Position numbers and translations under genes: made by a program
The notes under the pieces: model-generated
Databases searched by the model: none
Told to the model about the DNA's origin: nothing
The model's input: only the letters and a program-made list of their open reading frames with translations
Shown: positions 23,772-34,800 of the stretch, in pieces
Position numbering within the stretch: position 1 is the stretch's first letter
Layout: each line of letters opens with the position of its first letter
NCBI RefSeq assembly: GCF_001194135.2
Contig: NC_068984.1
Coordinates: 130,354,794-130,418,793 of the forward strand
Direction of reading: 5' to 3'
DNA length: 64,000 nucleotides
DNA from: Octopus bimaculoides
Lineage: Eukaryota

Positions 23772-26588
23772 TATGCACACACACACACGTACGGACGTCT
23801 ATATATACACATACGTACATATGTATATAGTGAATTTAAACATAAACAAGCAAGAAAAAACACGAAAAGCAACATGAGGACGTGGAATAAGTATAGTGTT
23901 ATTGGACGCTTAGGAAAGGAAAGAGGATTTAACGTTTCGATAGGAGTTCTTCGTCAGAAATACAGGAAAAGTTCAAAGGGAAGACAAAAAAAAATCGCCG
24001 ATATATACAATGTGGTAAGATAGTACATGTTTTCAATCAACATATATACATATTTATATAAACATTATGTATATATATGTATACATACACATGTATATAT
24101 ATAATTATATATGCATATATATCTATGTATATGTATGTACATGTATGTATGTATATATGTGCAGGTATATATGTACAGGTATATTTGTATGTATATATAT
24201 ATATGTGTTTATGTATATATATATGCATGTATATATGTGTATACGTATATATATCTGTATATATGTGTATATGTATATATGTACATGTATGTATATATAT
24301 ATATGTATATATATATATATGTGCGTGCATATGTATTTATATGTATGTGTATATCATTTATGTATATATATATATATATATATGTGTATGTATATATGTG
24401 TATATATATATATATATGTATATACGTATGTTGCATGACCGGCATCCATGCTAGTGGAGCGCTAAGTGCGCCATCCAAGCGTGATTGTTACCAGAGCAGC
24501 TGACTGGCTTCTGTGCCAGTGGCACGTAAAAAGCACCATTGTAGCCTGATTGCTGCCAGCGTCACCTGTGTGGCACGTTAAAAATTATTGAGGCGAAGAT
24601 GTTGCCAGTACCGCCTGTCTGGCCCTCGTGCCAGTGCACGTAAAAGCATCCACTAGACTCTCGGAGTGGTTGGCTTGAGGAAGGGCATCCCACCATACAA
24701 ACTTTGCCAGATGAGATTGCAGACTGGTTCGCCAGTCCTCCGTCAGATCGTGCAACCTGTGTCAGCAAGGAAGGTGGACGTTAAATGATATATATTGGTG
24801 TGTATGAGTTTATATATGTGTGTATTTATGTTGACATATGTGTATATATATATGTACATGTATATATGTATGTGCATATGTATATATATATGTATGTGCA
24901 TATGTATATATATGTGTGTGTGCATATGTATATGTGTGTGTGTATATATATATATGTTTATGTGCGTATATATATGTGTGTATATATATGCATATATATA
25001 TATGTGTGTATATATATGTGTCTATATATGTGTGTGTTCATCAAAGGAGTTAATTAAAGTATTATTTAACTCCCTTGATGAACGGAAAATTAAATGTAGA
25101 CATTAAATTATTTATATAATAAGTTTAGCTGACTGTATATATGTATGTGTATATATATGTCTATGTATATATATATATATGAGATCCTATTTTACTAATT
25201 ATAGTAGTTATAATTTGTAATTGTGTATTAGTACGAATATATTTTTAGTGAATATTATAAATTAATAATTAAATGATACTATGATTTTTATAAAATAAAT
25301 AATATAAATATTTTAATCAATTAATTTATTTAATGTAAATCTATTAATTTATAGTATTTTAGTTTTTATTCTGTAGACTCTAAAGTTACTTAGATTTTAA
25401 AATTTCCTGAAAATGTTTATAATACAGTTAATTTTTTTTATTATGATTTAAGCTATAATATATTTTGATTTTATAAATAAAATTTTTATTCTTGATTTTA
25501 TAAATAAAACTTTCTTTCATGTTTATATATCCCTTTATTCTAATACTTTTCTCTACGCCATATTTTCACGAGACTTAATTCTAATANNNNNNNNNNNNNN
25601 NNNNNNNNNNNNNNNNNNNNNNNNNNNNNNNNNNNNNNNNNNNNNNNNNNNNNNNNNNNNNNNNNNNNNNNNNNNNNNNNNNNNNNNNNNNNNNNNNNNN
25701 NNNNNNNNNNNNNNNNNNNNNNNNNNNNNNNNNNNNNNNNNNNNNNNNNNNNNNNNNNNNNNNNNNNNNNNNNNNNNNNNNNNNNNNNNNNNNNNNNNNN
25801 NNNNNNNNNNNNNNNNNNNNNNNNNNNNNNNNNNNNNNNNNNNNNNNNNNNNNNNNNNNNNNNNNNNNNNNNNNNNNNNNNNNNNNNNNNNNNNNNNNNN
25901 NNNNNNNNNNNNNNNNNNNNNNNNNNNNNNNNNNNNNNNNNNNNNNNNNNNNNNNNNNNNNNNNNNNNNNNNNNNNNNNNNNNNNNNNNNNNNNNNNNNN
26001 NNNNNNNNNNNNNNNNNNNNNNNNNNNNNNNNNNNNNNNNNNNNNNNNNNNNNNNNNNNNNNNNNNNNNNNNNNNNNNNNNNNNNNNNNNNNNNNNNNNN
26101 NNNNNNNNNNNNNNNNNNNNNNNNNNNNNNNNNNNNNNNNNNNNNNNNNNNNNNNNNNNNNNNNNNNNNNNNNNNNNNNNNNNNNNNNNNNNNNNNNNNN
26201 NNNNNNNNNNNNNNNNNNNNNNNNNNNNNNNNNNNNNNNNNNNNNNNNNNNNNNNNNNNNNNNNNNNNNNNNNNNNNNNNNNNNNNNNNNNNNNNNNNNN
26301 NNNNNNNNNNNNNNNNNNNNNNNNNNNNNNNNNNNNNNNNNNNNNNNNNNNNNNNNNNNNNNNNNNNNNNNNNNNNNNNNNNNNNNNNNNNNNNNNNNNN
26401 NNNNNNNNNNNNNNNNNNNNNNNNNNNNNNNNNNNNNNNNNNNNNNNNNNNNNNNNNNNNNNNNNNNNNNNNNNNNNNNNNNNNNNNNNNNNNNNNNNNN
26501 NNNNNNNNNNNNNNNNNNNNNNNNNNNNNNNNNNNNNNNNNNNNNNNNNNNNNNNNNNNNNNNNNNNNNNNNNNNNNNNNNNNNNNAT

Positions 26589-26589
<1 letters not shown>

Positions 26590-26627
<38 letters not shown>

Positions 26628-26937
26628 GTTTAACGTCCGCTTTCCATGCTAGCATGGGTTGGACGATTTGATTGAGGACTGGTGAAACTGGGTGGCAACA
26701 CCAAGCTCCAATCTAATTTGGCAGAGTTTCTACAGCTGGATGCCCTTCCTAACGCCAACCACTCAGAGAGTGTAGTGGGTGCTTTTACGTGTCACCCGCA
26801 CGAAAACGGCCACGCTCGAAATGGTGTCTTTTATGTACCACCCGCACAAGAGCCAGTCCAGGGGCACTGGCAACGATCTCGCTCGAAAACCCTACCAAGG
26901 CCAGTCAGGCGGTACTGGCAACGGTCACGCTCAAGAT

Positions 26938-26940
<3 letters not shown>
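26590..26940 (-). mobile_element. Young RTE 3' UTR copy (minus strand)
   Basis: Long (CAT)n tail, then a body near identical to 21852-22175. Confidence 0.8.
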
Positions 26941-26972
<32 letters not shown>

Positions 26973-29900
26973 TTATATATATATATATATATATATATCT
27001 CTTTATCGTTTCGTAACCTGTGTAGTACGATTGAATCCAGTGGTGTAACAGCTAACATAAGTGTTGTTTGGGTACAGGCAAAACAAAGAAACCACAACCA
27101 TCAAACACATTTTTGTAATATACACCCGTATCGATAAATAAAGTCCACAAGTAAATTACAATCCCTCTTAAATGTGTAACTAAACAGCGACACCTCTATT
27201 AAGTCATAAAAAAATTATAATCTCTGTATTGTAATATAAAAGTAAAGCTTTATAACCACATTATTTCAATTAAAATATAAGCAGGATTAAATGCTAATCT
27301 TACTAGAACAAGTGACATTTTAACCAATGTACATTGTATCAGTATTAATAATAAATTGCAATAACTAAATGATATGCTAAATTGCGATCCATGTTTAAGT
27401 TCATATAAATAATAATCCCACCAGTCTTTTATAGATATTATGATAATGGAAGTTCAAGCCTTATAAAAATCTTTCAAAACAAAACGTGACCGAAGCTAAT
27501 GTGACTAATATTTTTATGAGTGCAGTACTGTATTTCCTCATTCAAAGTTAATAGTAAAACGTTACATATTCAGTAATATATCACCACTTGAAGTTATATT
27601 AAAATACCAGTGATTAATATATATTTAAATTTCATTACATAGGAATTAATAAAAGTACTTGTAATAAACTATTATAAACCTTGCAATTTGCTGTTAGTCA
27701 CAGAAAAACTATTGTTTTACCGTGAGAAAAGTGCTGTTGAAATGTTAAGTGAAATTCGGCAATCAAAGATTGAATCCATGCTATGCCTGCATGAAACTAC
27801 TACAAATACGTTGTGGAATAAAAAATTTATCTACTGTCATGGAAAAAGTGTAACTGTAAAAATGCAGAATTATCGGAGTAATGGGCATTCAAAAAAGTAT
27901 GTATGTATAGAAATGTATGAATGAAGTCTTTAAGGTTTAAGATTCAAATTAAGGAAGTGCAATATTAATGTTTAGCAGTTCAAAACTGTGAGTAGTGAAA
28001 TGCAAAATTAGGTCGGCTGATCACAAGAATCGAATATTGATCACTTCGCTAAAATCTGCAGGTGGTATGGGTTATTTCCCTTGGGTTGTTTAAATAAAAT
28101 ATTAGTAATATTGCTGAGAGTTGGAACAAATACTGCCAGGCAAGTATTTAATGTATTAGTGTTCTCTCCAACATTAGTAACTTTACTAAATTGGTGCCTT
28201 GGGTAAGTGTGAGTAAAAACATTATTCCTTTTGGTTTAAAAATGATGGTTTCTAGTACAACTCCATCAATAAAACAGTGTAGATGTAAATAATGATTTCA
28301 AATTTTAGCAGAAGGCTAACAATTTTGGAGGAGGGTATCATTGATCCCAGTTTTCAACTGGTACTTATTTTATCAACTCTGAAAGAATGAAAGGCAAAGT
28401 CGACCTTGGTGGAATTTGAACTCTGAATGCGAATATAAACCTGGAAATGTCCACATCCTGACTGAAGTGAAAAGATTATGTAGAGATTCAAATGAGATTT
28501 TTGTTCAAACTATAGAAATGATAGAGCATCAGATTAACAATGTTTAGTTTTATCTTATTTTATGTTCAAATTCTTTTGGAGGTTACTTTGTGTGTCACTA
28601 TACTTCCACTGGATTCTCTCTATGAAATAATACGAGAGCCGGTTCCTTTTGTTGTACAGCTCTCTGTGTTAATGTTAGACATCATTATTTGCTTGCTAGC
28701 TTACATAATGTTTTTCATGCATCAAATGCAGGAAAATGGTCGAGTTCAAGTGGAAATTGTTTTCTGTCATGGCACATTGACACAGGCCGTATATTATCTT
28801 TTCCAGATGCACAGCCTTTTAATATCAAAGCTATTTATTACCTTATATTCTCCATTAACTGATTTTGTGTAAAATACTCAACTCTGCTTTTTTTCCTCTC
28901 CAAATTTGTATTCTTGATTTTACTAGCCATTCTAAGGTAAGAGATTTTAGTACAAATGTAGCGATGTTTTCATAAGATATTAAGAGGGCTATTATTGCAA
29001 AACTGTTTGGAAAAAAATGAATATTTAGAGGTATTGTAATGTAAATGTAATTAAAGTCATTAGTGAGAAGGTTTTGTAGAAATAAAATGTAAATCTTGGA
29101 TTTACATTATTTCAATGTTTGTTTGAACAAAAAATTTAATAAAACATTTTTCCATCTTAAACCTAAAGATGATTACAGAATGAGTGCAAATATTCATAGA
29201 CCAGATAGTTCTTGCTTCAGTCTGTTTGACTAATTTTTGCTTTTAGTGGTTTAGTTGGGAAGAACAACATACCATTCTTCCCAACTAAACTAAATGCCCC
29301 TGGCATTTGTAAGCCTTCCAAGACTGGTGAGATATGAAGTGGTTGATGTTTCACTTAAATGTGGGCAGTGAGAGAGGAAAAGTGGTTAGTGAGATGAATG
29401 GGTTGAGAGGGCCTGAATGCAGGTACTACAAAACTAGCCATTCCCAAGAGCAGATGCTACAGTAGTGGTGGTAGAAAAGGCAGAGGAAGAATATAGCACA
29501 TTTAGGTCAGAGGTTGGAATGTTAGCAATCAACTATAGTCAATATAGCCACCTTTTGGATGCTGTCTAGGATGTGTAAAAGCAGAACTGTCCCAGATGTG
29601 TGATCAGTATTCCACTGTGGGTGTCACTTAAATTTTGTTAAGGGTGAGTAATGGGAGCTAAGTTATTTCCTGGCCTTAAGGACAAAGGCTAATCTTTGAG
29701 ATAGAGCCTTTTGCAGTATTGATGGTGTGAGATTATCAGTGATAGTGAAGTCCAGCATCTAGTGGCTTTGAGGGTGTGTTTTTTCAAAAAGGAAGTTTGA
29801 TATTTTCTTTGTGTTGTGATTGTGTCCATTAAGGTGTCAGAGACTAGAGTGACATAGCCTCAATGGAAACAGTTTTCGAAGTTTCTTTTCAAAGAGTCTG

Positions 29901-30488
29901 CAGGTTTCACATGTCTTTTTATAGTTTGTTGTTCTCATTTTTAGAGCTGTGAAGGCTTTCAGAAATATGCATAGATGATCTGGTTGTTACAGAAGTAAAA
30001 AAAAAAAAAGAAATTGTATTACTCACCTTCCCCTGTTAACGGTACCACCTATCTGTATGCAATAAAGGCTTTTGTTACTCTTACAACTTGTTTAAAAGTG
30101 TGGTATTTGAAGTCTCAAGAATTAACATTTAGGTATTATAGAGATAACATGGAAAAACAGATGTAAAACTGGAAAATATTGTAATAAGCTCTTGATAACT
30201 TATACAATGGGTGTTCTTGCATAGCTTGTGATAGATCTTGTTTTTGAAGTTATATTTGATTATACTGCATTTAGCCACTGTGTCATCCTCATTTAGCATC
30301 TGCTTTCCATACTGACATGGGTTACATGGTTTGACTGAAACTGGTAAGCTGGAGAGCTTGCACCAGGTTCCGATCTGATTTGGCATGGTTTCTATGGCTG
30401 ACGTGAGCTTTAGTTTATGTATTTGTGGAAAATTTGGATGATCACACTGATCTTATATCAAAGTTATTTGTGCAATTCAACTAAATCC

Positions 30489-30584
30489 TTCACAATAAGG
30501 TAAATGCTAGGATGTTTTTATTTTTCGTCTTTGAATGTACCATTTACTTTGGTACTTGTTGATAATGAATAGACTTATTGTGAA
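30489..30584 (+). pseudogene. Decayed SNORD56-like snoRNA copy (subtype 2) in intron 3
   Basis: Aligns to the copies at 52873 and 58328, and keeps the guide TTATTTTTCGTC, the GTACCA/TGGTAC hairpin and the distal stem. The C box is mutated to AGGATG (30509), D' to TTGA (30531), and the terminal D box is lost. Confidence 0.72.
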
Positions 30585-30984
30585 ACATAAGGTACAACTG
30601 TGTGGTTAAGAAACTTGCTTTGCAATCATGCGGTTTCAGCTTTGATATCACTACAAGGCACCTTGGGTGTCTTCTAAAACCCTGGGCTGACTAATGCCGT
30701 ATTTGGCAGATTAAAGCTTGCAGGAAGCCTGTCGTGTATATGTGTGTTTACATTCCACAGTTTGTTGTCGCTTGATATTTTTTACTGGCATTATGACAGG
30801 TCATTCTGTACCTTTGAAGACCTATGGAATAAATAAATCAGTACGGTTTGGCATCCAGCCTTAAAATCCTATCTCAACTGCCATCCAAACTCGTGTTAGC
30901 ATGCAAAATATGGATGTTAAACAAATGAATGAACAGATACCATTTTAACATCTACTTTTTCATGCTCACAAAGGTTGGACAGAA

Positions 30985-31816
30985 TTTGTTGAAGCAAATA
31001 CCCCACCATGCCCTCATCAATGGATAAGTATCTTCCAGGATTGTAAAATGTTTTATATGCATTTTGAACACAGTCGATGAGAGGTCTTATTTTAAATAAG
31101 GAATCAAAGTTTGGTTCTCCACGTACTGGGGTACTGCTAGTGTCTCTTACATGTAAATACTGGTTCAGTTTCACAAATCGTATTTGGGTCATAATACTGG
31201 AAACATGCTGACCGCCAAAAGGTTCCTGATTGCACCAGTAATTTGTAATTCTGGGTAACTGTCTTATATCCATAATATTTATGGCAAAAAATGCCCGTAT
31301 TTCATCTACGGTTGCAGGAAACCACAAGCTATCTTTTTTTCCAGCTTGTTTACATTCTGTGTAACGGTTTGTTTCCAAGCATGCTGGAAAAAAGAAAAAG
31401 TCTAATGGTTTCACTTTCTGAGAAAGACTATGGGTAGACCCTGTCTCCTCAGAAAAATTAAGAAAAACGTTTTTTACGTTTTTACTCCATTCTGGTGTGA
31501 AATCATCCTCGCTGTCGCCGCTTTCAGTTTCTTCAGAACCACTGCTTTCGGTTTCAGACACAGAAATATCCGATTCAAAGTTGAAAAAAATGTGGGGAAA
31601 AATCTTCCAAAATTCACTGAGTTCAAATATCACACCAAACAATGTCGGATACAATAACTCAACTGCTTGCAAAGTGAAATCACATGTTTTCGCGAATGTA
31701 CTAACGAGATTTGGATTCAAATTTACATTTAAATAACTGTGGGTACTCTCGGCCGAGTTGGTCTTGTGAACCAAAAAATTTTTCAGCCAGCTACAGCTGG
31801 GTTAGTAACGAAAGGG
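30985..31816 (-). mobile_element. piggyBac (PGBD-like) element, left end plus truncated transposase
   Basis: TTAA (31817-31820) followed by the CCCTTTCG terminus on the minus strand. The ORF has an acidic N-terminus, ETNRY, EIRAFFAINI, LPRITNYW, RFVKLNQYLH, LFKIRPLID and LSIDEGMV (first catalytic D), then breaks off. No right TIR found. Confidence 0.82.
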
Positions 31817-34800
31817 TTAATTTTAAACTGCATGATTCTAATAGAATTTTTAGCATAGTCTTACATGTTCACCAGAATTGGAGGAAAATTATCCCAACCA
31901 TTGATCATGAAAATGTTGTTTTCTATCAAATATTTGTTTCATTGTTCAGCACTAGTCATCTTCAACTGACACTGTTTTTGCTGAGCATTATTCAGTGTGA
32001 AGTTACTTGTGATGACTAAGTTCAAAAGCTTGAGAACAGTGTTTTCCATAAAGATCAAGTATTTTGTGGTCAAGGAATTGAACAGGCTGGTTAAATAACT
32101 ATAGGCTATCACAAACAATGATAATAATATAAAATATAATGATTCTTTGCTGCATGTTTATTTATTTTAGTATGTGATAGCTTATTTGATATATTTTAAG
32201 TGTACTTATTTAGTTTGTTTGGGAAAGTTGTTGGGGTTATGTCCAAATATTTTTGGCAAATCAAAGATGACAATCTTACAGTTGATCAGTTTTAGAAACT
32301 TTACGGTTTTTTTGTCAAACCAGATATAATAGTCATAAATTGGCTCTCATAATATATCAAATAGCATGGCGTTGATCCTTGATTTGATGAATTTTTAAAT
32401 AAGGAAAGTAAAACAATGCCTGAGGCTGCATGTTTACCAAATATTTTAGTGATTGGAACATTTATGATATTTATGATTGGAACCCCTCTTGTGGCTATAT
32501 TTCTAATGAACTATACATGGTTTTCAAAAACATTTGAACATCAAGATTTTGGAGGAAAAATAACTTTTTCATTAAGTTGTTGTGTGGAACATATTCACAA
32601 TACATTCTTCCATAAAATTATGATGGAAGAATTAAATTTATATATGAACCCTTTAATCTTCATTAATTAATTCGTAAAACTTGGTTAAAATGAAACCTGG
32701 AGAATTCTGGGAAGTACCCCACTGTTAAAAGCAAGTTAACTTGGTTCCCACATCTCAGCTGCACATGCACTGAAACAAGTATACTTGGTTCCTGTGCAGT
32801 AAGGGTTAAAATAGACAGTCTTGTATCAAAGAAGCATTCTCAGTGATTGGTATTAAATGGTATAGTATAACTGAAATTGACTTGCTAATGTCTTAAATGA
32901 CATCTTAAGATTGACTTGTTAATGTCTTAAGTGACATCTAAAAACAGTTATTCGTACATTAAGTAATTTAAAACCTTAGTCATAAATATGTTATTTAGAA
33001 GCTAAATATTTTCATTTTGGAACATACACAGAATATTGAAGGTTGCTTATATCCTGAGTGTTGAAAGAGTTGAGAGCTTTAAAAAAATATTTTCAGTAGA
33101 AAGGAGTTTTATATAATTTCTGAAAGAAAAATTAAGTAGTATATTTAAATAGTAAACGTTTTCGCATTGGATCTCTGCCAAAGACTGGTTTTATGAGGGA
33201 AGTCACTTAAGTGATTTCCTTGTTGACATAATCAGATTTCCAGGAAAATTTGAGGTAAGCATTCAAAGCTAACAGAGCGTGTGCATGTGTGCGCACAAGC
33301 AGATGCTAAAATTTAAGAAGCTCACTTCCCAGTGACATGGCTTTGAGTTCAGTCCCACTGTTTGGCATTGTAGGCATTCTGTACTATAGTCTTGCACTGA
33401 CCAAAGCCTTGTGGGTGGATTTGGTGAACAAAAACTGAATATTTTGGTTTGTTGTTTTGTTTGGTAATTTTTCATGGGTGGTAAATTAAGTACTAATTAT
33501 GTATTGGTATTAAATTGATTAAAGCATTCCTCCAAAATGTATGGCCTTCTACCCATATAAGTAATTTGCCTGAAAACTGGAACCTCATTTTTGTCTTTTT
33601 GTGGAAAAGTAATATGGCCCATTGGTAAGAAGACTGATTTATTGTCAACAGTCTTTGCATGGTGGTGATGGTGGCAGCAAGGGGGCTGGTAACCTGTGGT
33701 TTATACTATGCTAAAGATGTTGGTACAGTGAATCCTGGACGATAAGCAGATGAGGCCACTGTTTGTTAGGCATGTCTTCCCATAGCTTCAGTACTGGGTC
33801 AAATGAAGACCAAAATTGGTGGTTGCTTGGCATCATGAATGTTTGCAGGCATCCTTAGTTCTGTACCAATTGGGTACTGCAGTCACTGTTATGTCAAAGT
33901 GCCTGTTTAGCATAAACTACAGACATGGAAGTGCTGTCTGTTGGACCTGTGTGAGACCATATGAAACTATTTTACACACTCTTGTTATGTGTCCAAGTAC
34001 TGCTGACATATGGAGTTACCTGCCCACTGTTGTGTGATTAGGGCAATCCACTGTAAAAATTGCCCTATCACCATTTGACTAGAAAACAGAGACAATATTC
34101 TTGTGGGTAATGAAAAAGAAATTGTATAGTAGACAAGATTGAAAGGACTAAAGACACTCCTCTTTGGCCAAGTTCTCATCATATTCAAATACCACTTGAA
34201 AGGAGGTGGTGTTGGCCTGCAATAAATTTGCTGAAAGGTGGATCTGAAAGAGGCAAGTACTGGCTTAAACAACTGGAATACCTGCCTACTAAAAAACATT
34301 AGCTTAAGCAGTAAGAGAAATCTTGTCTATAGAGTGCCCCGATTGGCTTAAGGTAGATATCCTATTGGGAGATTTCATTTCTTTCTATTCTGTTGCTTTT
34401 GATGCCTATTTTCTCACACTCACTTTGTTCCTGTAATATGTCCTCTTATCTGGTCTCCCTTGTGACAAATAAATTCGTTTTGCTTGCAGTAATGAATGTC
34501 CCTTTACTTGGCTTACTTTACTTATTCTTTCTCTAAGGTGAGTGAACCAGTATTGGGCGTCTGTAGGAGGTAGTGTCAATATAAACCTTCCCCTACCTAA
34601 CACATTTCTCCAAATTTTTGGTCTTGTGACGATCTGAGATATTAATATTTTTTTCAGACACAAATAGGCTCAGTTATTTCTCCAACTCATAGTCTTGTTT
34701 CATTTATTTTGCTAATTAATACTTTGAAAAAGAAAGCTTGGTTTCATTTTCAAATTAGAACCACATCAGTTCACTTATAAATGTCTTAAGGAAGTTGCTA

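Noticed and set aside
17150-25110. Numerous long Y/I/M/C/H-rich ORFs (e.g. 19376-20236, 24067-24503)
   Set aside because: They are translations of (AT)n, (GT)n and (ATAC)n microsatellites and N gaps, with no coding signal.
25180-25586. Extremely AT-rich block as a possible mitochondrial insertion (NUMT)
   Set aside because: No recognisable mitochondrial rRNA, tRNA or protein motif. A BLAST against the mitogenome would be needed.
28807-28936. Exon-like segment TTTTCCAG|...AAG|GTAAGA, or an H/ACA snoRNA in the duplicated module
   Set aside because: It has stops and is not frame-preserving, the donor is not conserved in the paralogous copy at 51040, and no H/ACA boxes or hairpins are shared by both copies.
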